From a virus, in the IMG/VR virus record IMGVR_UViG_3300032401_000002, positions 32,001 to 96,000 of that record: 64,000 bases of DNA; one strand, given 5' to 3'. A model generated the notes under the pieces. That model made no database searches, was not told the origin of the DNA, and saw nothing but the letters and a program-made list of their open reading frames with translations. Shown piece by piece: positions 32,966 through 42,511 of this stretch. Both the position numbers and the translations under genes were made by a program. Each line of letters opens with the position of its first letter. Position 1 is the first letter of the stretch.

Positions 32966-35008
32966 TTACCGCGTCTCGAAGCCCTGATCGTAGACCGGAA
33001 GGCCAAGCTCGGCGTATCGAGGGAACAGCTTGAAGCTAGACACCCAGGCGTCAAGAGTCAGAGCCTCAGCCTTCAGTTCGAGCACGCGGCCACGCTCCGC
33101 GCTATTGAAGTGAACGGCCCCGGTAGGATTGTTGACCGCATCCCCGAAGCGCCTGAACGGCCCATCAACTGTAGCTCGAATTGACCAAGCCACTCGGCGT
33201 CTGCCGATCACGATGTTGTCTACCCAGAAGTTACCCAGTGGCTTGTTGGGGCTGGGATTGGCCCTGACTGTGACAGAGTACGAAACCCCACTCAAGAGAT
33301 TCCGGTACAAGCCAAGGTCGAAGTGGAGTAGGTTCCACTGTGCAGGCTGGAGCTTGGGCACGGTGACTCGGTAGATGGTCGTGTCATCGTTGAGGTAGAT
33401 CTGAGGCTGATTCAAGATTGAGACCGAGTTAGGCACCCAGATCGCCAAGTCGAGGTACGTCTGCGTCCAATCGTCAACGAGGAACTGGTTGGTGGTGATA
33501 GCCTTGGACGTTCGGAATGACCCATCGCCCGACAAGGTCTTGGTTTGATCCACAAGAAGGTCACTGCCTGTGACGCTCTGGAAGAGGTTGACATCGCTAG
33601 AGTACACGGCTGCCAATTGCGCCCCGTCCACGGGCGTACGAGAGTTGTAGACTTTGGTTCGCAAGACCGCGTAACCCGTAGGTGCCACAGTGATCGCACT
33701 CAAGTAAGCATCGCGATCTATGAACGCAGCGACGAATCCGAATCGTCCTGTCTCGGTAGCGTACGCCAAATCAGTGATCGTGACGGGTAGGAACCACACT
33801 GTGCTGACGAGCGTACCGTCGATCTGGGTATCGAAGATCGTTGACGTGACATTGGTGCCCTTGATCTCCACGCGCCAGAGGTAGTGCTTGGTAGGATCGA
33901 GCGGCCCACCAACGCTGTTCGAGTGCAGTCCAGTCTCGGTCTTGATACCTCCCGTGATGTCCACCCGCTTGGCATCGAAGACTGTCCCGACATCATTCCA
34001 AGAGAGACTAATCTGAACATACGATCCGAGATCATCAGGGATGTTCTTGCGCTCGCGAAGGAGCAGCGATAGGCGATTAGTGAGAGGGTCGATAGCTTGT
34101 GCTCCGACTTCGCCGCCTGCCGTGAAGTACACGTTGTAAGCTCCGTCAATCGGGATGGGATCGTTCTGGGTGCCATCTCCGCGCACGAACTCGAACTCTT
34201 CAGCGATAGTCCCGATGTAGGCCGTGGCATCCAGAGTCGGCGTGATGCATACAGCCCCCAGGCGGGTATCGAAGTCGAGCCATGATTCGGCCCATGTGGT
34301 CTTGAATGCCCGGAGCGCCATGACTGTGATCGTCTGGGCGGCGGGGGCACCCAACTTGGCCAAGTAGAGTCGCACTCCCGTGATGCTCCTGTTGTCGAAG
34401 CCCGCATTGGCGAAGCTGGCAACAGGAATCAGCAACTGGGGCATGATGCTGATGTTGTCGTTAAAGAGAACCTGGGCTGAATCGTGTCCTGTGCCGAACG
34501 TGCCGTTGGGGTCGGAAGTGAACATGATGTACGAGTCGAGCACGTCGAAAGAGTTGTAGTTGGGGAAGATCACAGCTACATCATCCATAGCGCTGATATC
34601 GCTAGGTACGTCCGGAAGAGATGACTCAAGGAAGGTAGCTAGGTTCGACCCATTCGTGACGCACTGTAGACCAGACCAACCAAAGTGACTCCCCATCTTG
34701 CCCACGGTGATAGCCCCCGTGCCCGTGCCCGTCTTTACCCATGCTTCGGTGTAGAGTGTCAGGCCCGGCTTCAACTCAAGTGCGGTCTGGGGCACTGCGA
34801 TCATGGGATCGTTCGTTGACTGATCTAGATCAGGATCTTGGGGTACAGGGATGAGGTCTGTGAACTCACGGAAGTTTCTGATGTCAACGTGCTCTTGGGT
34901 GGTCAAGAATGCTTCGTTGGCGTTGCTCCAGAGGGTTGAGTCGAAGGGTGCCCACTGGTTCCAGCGGCCACGAGGGTCATCGAAGGTTTCTGAGAGTGTC
35001 CAAGTCAT
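32966..35008 (-). CDS. tail/baseplate structural protein
   Basis: 680 aa beta-rich ORF in the baseplate operon. Confidence 0.7.
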   Translation of the reverse strand: MTWTLSETFDDPRGRWNQWAPFDSTLWSNANEAFLTTQEHVDIRNFREFTDLIPVPQDPDLDQSTNDPMIAVPQTALELKPGLTLYTEAWVKTGTGTGAITVGKMGSHFGWSGLQCVTNGSNLATFLESSLPDVPSDISAMDDVAVIFPNYNSFDVLDSYIMFTSDPNGTFGTGHDSAQVLFNDNISIMPQLLIPVASFANAGFDNRSITGVRLYLAKLGAPAAQTITVMALRAFKTTWAESWLDFDTRLGAVCITPTLDATAYIGTIAEEFEFVRGDGTQNDPIPIDGAYNVYFTAGGEVGAQAIDPLTNRLSLLLRERKNIPDDLGSYVQISLSWNDVGTVFDAKRVDITGGIKTETGLHSNSVGGPLDPTKHYLWRVEIKGTNVTSTIFDTQIDGTLVSTVWFLPVTITDLAYATETGRFGFVAAFIDRDAYLSAITVAPTGYAVLRTKVYNSRTPVDGAQLAAVYSSDVNLFQSVTGSDLLVDQTKTLSGDGSFRTSKAITTNQFLVDDWTQTYLDLAIWVPNSVSILNQPQIYLNDDTTIYRVTVPKLQPAQWNLLHFDLGLYRNLLSGVSYSVTVRANPSPNKPLGNFWVDNIVIGRRRVAWSIRATVDGPFRRFGDAVNNPTGAVHFNSAERGRVLELKAEALTLDAWVSSFKLFPRYAELGLPVYDQGFETR

Positions 35009-35020
35009 GTCTGTCCTTTA

Positions 35021-38000
35021 CTAGACCGTTACCGTACCGAAGTCTGCTGCTGACCCAAGGCCCGTGACCGGGGTTGTGCTGTTGATCGTCACAGTACCGT
35101 AGCTCGGCGTTCCAGTCAGGCCAGCCGGGCGGGCCGTGTTGCTCACCTTGACTGAGCCGAAGCTCGCAGTGCTGGTTAGTGCTGCCACCATGACGGGGCC
35201 GTGGACTGAGCCGAACGAGGCCGCGCTGTTGAGACCTGTCATGTTCACTGTGCGCTTGATGTACACTGAGCCGAACGACGCTGCCGATCCAAGGCCGGGG
35301 ATGGGGACAGTGACGTTGAATCGCATGACTGCGAAGCTCGGTGTTGAGGTCAGGCCGGGAACGGGGACAGTCGTGTTGAACCTTGGGACACCAAAGGCAG
35401 CGGTCGAGGTTAGGCCAGTGACAGGAACTGCCTTGTTGTGCTGCTCGGCAGCGGTGGGCAGGCCGATACCAATGACCGTGTTGGCATCGACTGGATCGAA
35501 GTTCTCTTCGAGTGTGTCGTTGACAACACCCACGCCGATTGCCGTGTTGGAGTCGTTGGTCGGGCCAACATCGAGCGCAGTGACGACACCGATACCGATG
35601 ATGGTGGCTGTGTCTGTCGCGAAGTTGTCGATGACTGCGCTTGGTACACCATGCCCGCTGCTTGTAGCTGCATCGTCCAGCGTAGACTGCAAGTTGCCGA
35701 AGACGCCACCACCGTAGGTGCCCGTACCGTAATTGGGCATGAACGGCCCTTCGAACTCATCGGTGATCGGTGTGCCTGTACCAACGACAACGCCTTCATC
35801 GTCAGTCGGCGGCGAGGGGATAACACCCTGAGCGACAACGGTCGCAGCATCAACGTAGATGACATCCTGGAGAGACGTGGTTAGACGCTCAGCTAGGCGG
35901 CTACGAGCGATGTTGGTTACGATCCTACCATCATCGTTATACGTGTAAGAGATGTCATAGTCATCTGTCTGGAAGAACTGGTTGCCTTGTTTGTCAGGGC
36001 GAGAGTAGACCAGGATGTTGCGAGCCGGGAATCCAGTCTCGCTTAGTGGTGAGGGGATGTAGCCACCGAAGAAGACAAGCTCGTCGGTGATGTCGGGGTT
36101 GACCTGATACGAGACGTACAACTCAGCACCGTCTTCGATGGTGGTGCCGGTGGCTCGATCCCATGTGTTCTCTTGGAGCATCTCTTCATCGTACAAGATG
36201 TCTACGATGAGTTCGTCGTCTCTAGAGATGGTGTAGTTGTTGCGAAGGAAGCGAACCTCGTCAATCCCGACGAAGTACGCCTTCTTGTTGAACTCAGCCT
36301 GCTCGTACGTGTACAAGTGGCGAGCCGTGCGGTTGAACCGCATCGGGACTTGAGCCAGATTCTGATACGACTCACTGATGCGGTCGTTGATCGTTGAGAC
36401 TGTGCCGATGTTGTCGAACACAGACTCTGCCGGAAGCTCGACCGGGTCGCTCAGGATGTTGGGGTCGAATCTCTCGACCACGAGCTTTCCCAAGATCGAA
36501 TCTTGATCAACAGAGATCAACAGTGAAGACTGGAACTGATCCGTGCCCTGGATGTAGACCCTGGATGCCGTGATGGGATCGACAAGAGCCTTGTCGGCAA
36601 TGTCTACGAGGCCCGCTGAGATCAACTGATTGGCTTTGATCTTACCAAGGGCCAAGGCAGCGAGGAACTCCTTCTGCTTGTACTCGAACTCCTTGATGGG
36701 CGTGCGCAGTCCAGCGAGGATCTTAGTCTGTACGGGAGTCGCGTTGCGCAGGAACCAGTCTTCGACGGTGTTGCGGATCGTTGAGTTGTTGAACTGATCC
36801 TCGACCCACGTCGGGAACCTACGATAGACACGAGGAGCCAGCCTGGGGAAGTCAGGGATGTTGAACGGCAAGGGGTTCAGCGACGAGAACTCTAGCTTGA
36901 TGAAGCTGGCCTTGATCGGCTGAGGGAACTCAATCGTCTCGTTGCGACGAAGGGTGTAGGTCTCCTGAATCGGAGTCCACAACATGTAGTCCCAGTCGTT
37001 CAAGATCTTGGGAGCGTCACCAGACGTGCCCTGCTGTGTCCAGTAAACGTTCATTCGCACACCCGGAGTACGTGGGGCAATGTTGATCGCCTCGATCAGG
37101 GTCGGGATGCGTTCGCCTTCGACATCGGTGCCCCTGAGGTCGAAGTACAGGCTCTCCACAGCTTCGGGGGTCGGGGCAGGCTCGGACATCCACCCCGCGC
37201 GGGTGTTGTCGTGGACGTACTTCGCCTTCTCTCTGTGGGTGGTGTACCTGTAAGCGTTACCCAGCACATCTCGACCTTCATCTGCTACATCAGCCCACAC
37301 TCGCATAACAAGGTTGCGCTCTGGATCGAGCACGTATTGGCCAGTCCCGACGTTGTACGATGAGTAGGGGTAGATGACCGCTCCGGTGGCAAGCGATGTT
37401 GTCGTACCTGAATACCCGACATTCAGGGTGATTGAGACGGAGTCAACTCCGTCAACGTAGAACACCTGGTCAGGCACGTCCTGGCGAACGATGTAGTCGC
37501 CAACCGCTACCACTGAAGTGGTATCTACGGATGTGCCAATGGAGAACCCACCGTTGGTGAATGTCAAGGTACCAGGGATCGTCCTGGAGCTAAGCTGGTT
37601 GGGCGAGTGAGTGAATACGATGTCGCAGGCCGAGACATCTCGCGAGGAAACACGAAGTTCGTAAACCTTTGACAAGTCTCCTTCGACCGCGAGCTTGTCA
37701 TCCAGGTAGAAGTCAAGCCACGAAAGCCCAGGGGAGATTACCCCGACTTCCACACCTGACCTCAACTTCAAGGGAGACAGGGCATCGGTGAGATCCCACA
37801 ACTCCCAGGCGAACTGCACACTTGTGTCGTTGCCGCTTCCGCTCTGGTCGAACTCCAGAAGATACGGAGATGTCTGAACCAGGATTCCGAACCCAAGCAT
37901 GTTGGGTGTGACGCCTGCTCGGTCGGCGTTGCCAGGGTAGACGAACCTCTGGCGAGCTTCGCGCGACGTGTATCCATCTTGACTTGAAAGCGTTACCTCG

Positions 38001-38599
38001 TCAAGGTCAACAGGAGTGTCCTGTACCAAGAGAGGGCCAACGGTGTCTCGAAGTGTGTTGACATAGCGCCCCAGCCGAAGATGCTTAACGAACAACGGCC
38101 ACTCGAACTTGGCACTCGTGCTCGTGGGCCATGCATCGTCTCGTCGTGTGAAGACAAGTCGCACATAGCGTGTGTGGATCATGTACCCCTTGGCATCAGT
38201 GAAGTTGAACTCTGCATTCTGCCAGGCTGTTCGATTGCTCGCGTCATAGGAGATGTAGTCGTCATGCAAGAGACCCTCTTGAGCCTTGACGGGCAGCCAC
38301 ACAGCTTGTCGGTCGGGTGTGCTGATAGCGTCGTACTGAACGCTGATGTTGATTGGCGCACGAAGCACGTCGAAGTTCAGGAAGTTGATCTCACGAATCC
38401 TGCCGAGGTCGATCTCCAAGATTTCGGAAGTGAGCGCTCCTCCCTTGTCGGCAGCCAGGTAGTTCGACCCAGTCTCGTCAACCGAGGCAAAGCGTGATGT
38501 GCTCGACCACCAGAATGTGTCGGGGTACTGGATCTGATCGATCCCCGGAAGGGTGAAGTAGCTGACGGGATAGACTCCGTTGATTAGGACATCACTCAT
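35021..38599 (-). CDS. large baseplate wedge/minor tail protein with C-terminal repeats
   Basis: 1192 aa, follows the baseplate J/I-like genes; C-terminal DxAxVxGxG and GLxSAAxFG repeats. Confidence 0.75.
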   Translation of the reverse strand: MSDVLINGVYPVSYFTLPGIDQIQYPDTFWWSSTSRFASVDETGSNYLAADKGGALTSEILEIDLGRIREINFLNFDVLRAPINISVQYDAISTPDRQAVWLPVKAQEGLLHDDYISYDASNRTAWQNAEFNFTDAKGYMIHTRYVRLVFTRRDDAWPTSTSAKFEWPLFVKHLRLGRYVNTLRDTVGPLLVQDTPVDLDEVTLSSQDGYTSREARQRFVYPGNADRAGVTPNMLGFGILVQTSPYLLEFDQSGSGNDTSVQFAWELWDLTDALSPLKLRSGVEVGVISPGLSWLDFYLDDKLAVEGDLSKVYELRVSSRDVSACDIVFTHSPNQLSSRTIPGTLTFTNGGFSIGTSVDTTSVVAVGDYIVRQDVPDQVFYVDGVDSVSITLNVGYSGTTTSLATGAVIYPYSSYNVGTGQYVLDPERNLVMRVWADVADEGRDVLGNAYRYTTHREKAKYVHDNTRAGWMSEPAPTPEAVESLYFDLRGTDVEGERIPTLIEAINIAPRTPGVRMNVYWTQQGTSGDAPKILNDWDYMLWTPIQETYTLRRNETIEFPQPIKASFIKLEFSSLNPLPFNIPDFPRLAPRVYRRFPTWVEDQFNNSTIRNTVEDWFLRNATPVQTKILAGLRTPIKEFEYKQKEFLAALALGKIKANQLISAGLVDIADKALVDPITASRVYIQGTDQFQSSLLISVDQDSILGKLVVERFDPNILSDPVELPAESVFDNIGTVSTINDRISESYQNLAQVPMRFNRTARHLYTYEQAEFNKKAYFVGIDEVRFLRNNYTISRDDELIVDILYDEEMLQENTWDRATGTTIEDGAELYVSYQVNPDITDELVFFGGYIPSPLSETGFPARNILVYSRPDKQGNQFFQTDDYDISYTYNDDGRIVTNIARSRLAERLTTSLQDVIYVDAATVVAQGVIPSPPTDDEGVVVGTGTPITDEFEGPFMPNYGTGTYGGGVFGNLQSTLDDAATSSGHGVPSAVIDNFATDTATIIGIGVVTALDVGPTNDSNTAIGVGVVNDTLEENFDPVDANTVIGIGLPTAAEQHNKAVPVTGLTSTAAFGVPRFNTTVPVPGLTSTPSFAVMRFNVTVPIPGLGSAASFGSVYIKRTVNMTGLNSAASFGSVHGPVMVAALTSTASFGSVKVSNTARPAGLTGTPSYGTVTINSTTPVTGLGSAADFGTVTV

Positions 38600-39918
38600 A
38601 CCGCACGACCCTCCATAACGAGAGGCGTGTTGGTGATAGCGACCGCGCTCTCAGCCAAGAACTCGGCGTCAGCCGAGATCGCAACAAGGAAGGGGAACAA
38701 AGCCGACAGCGTGTTCGGGAATAAGCCATAATGCTGGCTTGCGTAGATGTCGTATTGGGATGTCCCTCCCACTGACTCATAGAACTCATTGGTTCCATAG
38801 AGGGGATCTGACAGGGCAGCATCGGTGTAGGCGTGAATACCCTCGACCGTGTGGAACACGACTGGAAGCTCTCGCTGCGAGCCGTAGTAGTACCCTGCCT
38901 CGTTCTCGACACCGGACTCGATGAAGTTGTTGTCAATTGTGGAACGAGTGGGCCACGGCACACCGGCACTTCCCTCGACCAAGCGAGAAACGTGAATCCG
39001 CTCGGATGAGGAGAATGCGTCTCCGTTGATGGGGATGTCGATGTACTGAATGTCATTGGGGATGACTGTGCCAAACGTGTCCGCTGCTCGTAGCCTGTCG
39101 ATCAAGTCGATGACATTCCGCTCGATCTCAGGAAGCATTCGAGTCTTGGATGTGGCTTCGTACCCAAGCGTGACGGTCAACTTGCTTCCGCCAACGGGGG
39201 CAGGAACGGGGCGAACACCGCTAGCCAGAGTCGGAGGTACGAATGTGAAGCTACGAGCGTGTGTCTGCTGGTAGTCTTGGTCGAATACGTCGGCAGTAGC
39301 ATTCAAGAAGCGCGGGATCACGACGAACTCATTGGTGCTTAGGCTGGTGCCCTCGGCGTCAAGCCCCAACTGGTCATCGCTGAACTGGTCGTAGATGAAC
39401 TTGTAGTGGGCGATGACATCACTCTGAATCCCTGATCCCGCCTGAGCCATCGTGGCGATGCCCAAGTTCGAGTTTCCGTATCGAGTGGCCGTGAAGAAGT
39501 CGGCGATCCTGTGCTTGTAGCCTTGATCGGCAAGTTGGATCTGATCCCACTGTGTCGGAGTCAGAGCCTCGACACTGGTGTCGAATGTGTAGGTTTCGGG
39601 AAGCAGTCGATTGAACCGGAACTGTGCTGCGTAGAAGTCATCCAGCACCTGGAAGTTCATGAACTCCGCTTCGTAGCGCAGGCGAGTCGCAAAGGTCTGC
39701 TTCTTGAGCAGGCCCGCTCCAGAGTCCCCGCCAAGGGCCTGGAGGAAGCGATAGAGATGGGTGTCCCGGCCCTGCTGGTAGACTTCCTCCGGGAACCGAT
39801 CCATCACGTCATCGACGGTGGACGGCCCATCAAGCGGCTCCACGACAGTGATGTTCGTCGTGAATACGGTGATGGTCGGATCAGTCTCCGCGCCGGATAG
39901 CTGCGCTAGACTTGGCAT
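38596..39918 (-). CDS. baseplate wedge protein (P2 gpI-like position)
   Basis: Directly downstream of the J-like gene. Confidence 0.65.
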   Translation of the reverse strand: MPSLAQLSGAETDPTITVFTTNITVVEPLDGPSTVDDVMDRFPEEVYQQGRDTHLYRFLQALGGDSGAGLLKKQTFATRLRYEAEFMNFQVLDDFYAAQFRFNRLLPETYTFDTSVEALTPTQWDQIQLADQGYKHRIADFFTATRYGNSNLGIATMAQAGSGIQSDVIAHYKFIYDQFSDDQLGLDAEGTSLSTNEFVVIPRFLNATADVFDQDYQQTHARSFTFVPPTLASGVRPVPAPVGGSKLTVTLGYEATSKTRMLPEIERNVIDLIDRLRAADTFGTVIPNDIQYIDIPINGDAFSSSERIHVSRLVEGSAGVPWPTRSTIDNNFIESGVENEAGYYYGSQRELPVVFHTVEGIHAYTDAALSDPLYGTNEFYESVGGTSQYDIYASQHYGLFPNTLSALFPFLVAISADAEFLAESAVAITNTPLVMEGRAV

Positions 39919-39919
39919 A

Positions 39920-41995
39920 TTAGGTCGTCCAGGTGTTCTGAGCGCGGACGGTGATTCTCACTGCGCCGCTGCTCGGAGAAGCTGCAAGCTCGTTGTCCTG
40001 GATGAAGAAGTCGTTGGTGATGTAGATGGGGCCACCACTCAGAGTGTCACCACTTGCTGAGACCTCTTCGAGTCGGTTGCCTGTTTCGTTGGTGAAGCGC
40101 ACATTGTCCACTCCAGGTACATTGTGGATGGCCTGAAGAATGTCTGAAGTCTGGATAGCTGCGCCGTAGTATTGGTTGTTGAAGAATGAGTCTAGAGCGG
40201 CTACGATGCTCGCATCCACTACTGCTCGTGTCGATCCCAGAGTGTACATGACTGTGACGATAGGAGTGAAGTACCTCACCTTGGCTCGATGCACGAGCAC
40301 GTCCTGGGTGGTTTGCTTGGACTTCTCCATGATCGCCTGAAGGTCAGAGACGTTCTGATCGTAGAGGTAACCATCGACCGTGAACTCTACGCCGCCGACG
40401 TTCTCGATGAGCGCTCCCGTGTTGCTACCTTCATCGTCTGTGGGTGCGAAACCGCCGATGTGGTTGGTGCCACTCAGGAACCATTCGATACCATTGCGAC
40501 ACCGGATCGTTCCGTAGTTGGAGTTGACCTCTTCCACGAGGATGTAGTGAGCCTTGCGGGTGTAGGCCACTCCGTCATACAAGTTGTAGTACGTCGAGTC
40601 GGCAACGTTCCAATAGTTCGCCTTGAAGTACGTAGCCGAGCCGATCTGGATCTCCTCCGGGAGATCGAGCACGGGCTGCCAGTAAAGGGGCTGGATCATC
40701 GAACCCACGGTTGCCTCCTTGCCGTCGAGCTTGCGACGGAAGTTGATCACCTTGGTCGGGGTAGTCTTCTGGTATGTCCAACGAAGAGCGGTGGAGTTCT
40801 GGAGGTAGTTGGCCGGGCCAGGAACAACCTCGACAGAAGTTGCTGACGCCAACTTGCTTCCGTTGATGAAGACATCAACAGCATTCAGGATTCCGTAGTC
40901 GTAGTTGTTGCGACTGTTGAGGCTCATGTAGGCGTGCTCTAGAAGATAGACGTTGCCTTCTGACAAACTGGGGTTGCCTGATAGGTTCACTGTCGAGTAG
41001 GCGTTCAAGAACGTGACGTTCGGTGACGTGACGGGTGTGTCATTCGTCTGGACTGCTCCGGTGTCTGCCTTGATCGGAGGCGAGTTGAAGATGTAGTCTA
41101 CGCCAGGTCGGAAGAACGTTGCCGTCGCGGGGTCAAGTGTGCCGTCTGTCAGGTAGTAGTTCGTCTGGTACGTTGACTTGGAGTACGGAATCGTGCTCTT
41201 AGCACTTGTGCGCTTGTGGAGGTAGACTGTTCCTGTCGTGTCGTATCCGCCGCCCTGTGTCTGTTGGGCCGCATCGTCAATGACTGGGATCTGGACGTAC
41301 TCCTGGTATCGACTAATGGGGCCGAGGACGTTGGCCTTCGTGACCGAGTTGGCCGAAACAGCTAGAGCCAAGAACATGTCTGTCGTACCCGAAATGTTGC
41401 GCAAGAACGTGCGCTGGAACCGCACCTTGTAAGCAGCGTCGTCTTCACCATCCGACCCACCCGTCATTGCCTGATCGTTGCCCACGCTGGTGATGCCGAC
41501 GATAGACTTCAAGCCACCGAACCCGACTACCTTGTTGGCGTCGATGTTACCGATTGTACCTGCCACCGTACACTGCACCGTGGCCTCAACCAGGAGGGCG
41601 CTTGCTTCGAGCACGACTGTTTCGGTCGTGACGAAGATCAGGCTGGGGAACACCGTGTCATCGATGTTGGCAACGATCTGTGTGCCACGAGGGATCGTGA
41701 CAGCGTTCGTGGTGGCCGTGTTGCGTCGGAACTGCACCGTACCGTAGGACGGGGTAGACTGCTGACGGCCGAAGTTGAAGATGCTGAGGTAGGCGTCCAG
41801 GCGTCCACCCGACATCGAGTCGATGTTGTGCTGCTCCTGAAGGACAGTGAAGTCAACCTGCTGGGATGCGATCAGTTCGGCCGTGGCCTCGATGATCTTG
41901 CGCTCTGGCGTTCCTACCTCTGCCGAGACGGTTGGGTCGAGCAACCGAAGCTGGTTGACGATCTGCTGAACGATCTGGTCTACGGTTAGTGACAT
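39920..41995 (-). CDS. baseplate J-like wedge protein
   Basis: SGGRLD, TIPRGT, AGTIGN, MTGGSDGEDDAAYKVR, VPGVDNV. Confidence 0.92.
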   Translation of the reverse strand: MSLTVDQIVQQIVNQLRLLDPTVSAEVGTPERKIIEATAELIASQQVDFTVLQEQHNIDSMSGGRLDAYLSIFNFGRQQSTPSYGTVQFRRNTATTNAVTIPRGTQIVANIDDTVFPSLIFVTTETVVLEASALLVEATVQCTVAGTIGNIDANKVVGFGGLKSIVGITSVGNDQAMTGGSDGEDDAAYKVRFQRTFLRNISGTTDMFLALAVSANSVTKANVLGPISRYQEYVQIPVIDDAAQQTQGGGYDTTGTVYLHKRTSAKSTIPYSKSTYQTNYYLTDGTLDPATATFFRPGVDYIFNSPPIKADTGAVQTNDTPVTSPNVTFLNAYSTVNLSGNPSLSEGNVYLLEHAYMSLNSRNNYDYGILNAVDVFINGSKLASATSVEVVPGPANYLQNSTALRWTYQKTTPTKVINFRRKLDGKEATVGSMIQPLYWQPVLDLPEEIQIGSATYFKANYWNVADSTYYNLYDGVAYTRKAHYILVEEVNSNYGTIRCRNGIEWFLSGTNHIGGFAPTDDEGSNTGALIENVGGVEFTVDGYLYDQNVSDLQAIMEKSKQTTQDVLVHRAKVRYFTPIVTVMYTLGSTRAVVDASIVAALDSFFNNQYYGAAIQTSDILQAIHNVPGVDNVRFTNETGNRLEEVSASGDTLSGGPIYITNDFFIQDNELAASPSSGAVRITVRAQNTWTT

Positions 41996-42004
41996 GCTCT
42001 ACTC

Positions 42005-42472
42005 TTAGGTAAGCGCCTGGGCAAAGGAGATAGCATCTCCCGAAGCGGTGCGAAGCACACACCGAACGAGGACTACATCGCCAAGCTGTTGGATGACTAC
42101 GTCTTCAATGCTGGCGAGGATCTCGCTGGAGTTGAAGGTGTTCTTGCCCCCGTACAGGAGCGTTTCTCGATTGAGTCGATCAAGCTGTTGCTGCTGGTAC
42201 CCTGTCAAGATCCTACGAACCTCGGCCTCGATGTTCAACAAGATCTCTCCCGACACCAGGTTTCCGATCTGTGAGTTGACCGAAGTACCATCCGGGAGTG
42301 TACCCCCGTCGAGGACGGAGCCGTAATCGGGATGGAAGGGATCGGTACCGCGAGGTTCGAGCAGCCAGTTCTTGAGATCCTGGACTAGCTTCTGCTGCCC
42401 CGTTACGGTGGCGAACCCCCCAGGCCCGGCGAAGTTGAGATCACCGTTCTTGACATGGAACGACCAAGACAC
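42005..42472 (-). CDS. gp25/GPW-like baseplate protein
   Basis: QKLVQDL..WLLEPRGTDPFHPDYGS. Confidence 0.88.
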   Translation of the reverse strand: MSWSFHVKNGDLNFAGPGGFATVTGQQKLVQDLKNWLLEPRGTDPFHPDYGSVLDGGTLPDGTSVNSQIGNLVSGEILLNIEAEVRRILTGYQQQQLDRLNRETLLYGGKNTFNSSEILASIEDVVIQQLGDVVLVRCVLRTASGDAISFAQALT

Positions 42473-42511
42473 TATCTGTACCTTTCGTGGGTCATCTCTT
42501 ATAGGCCCGAT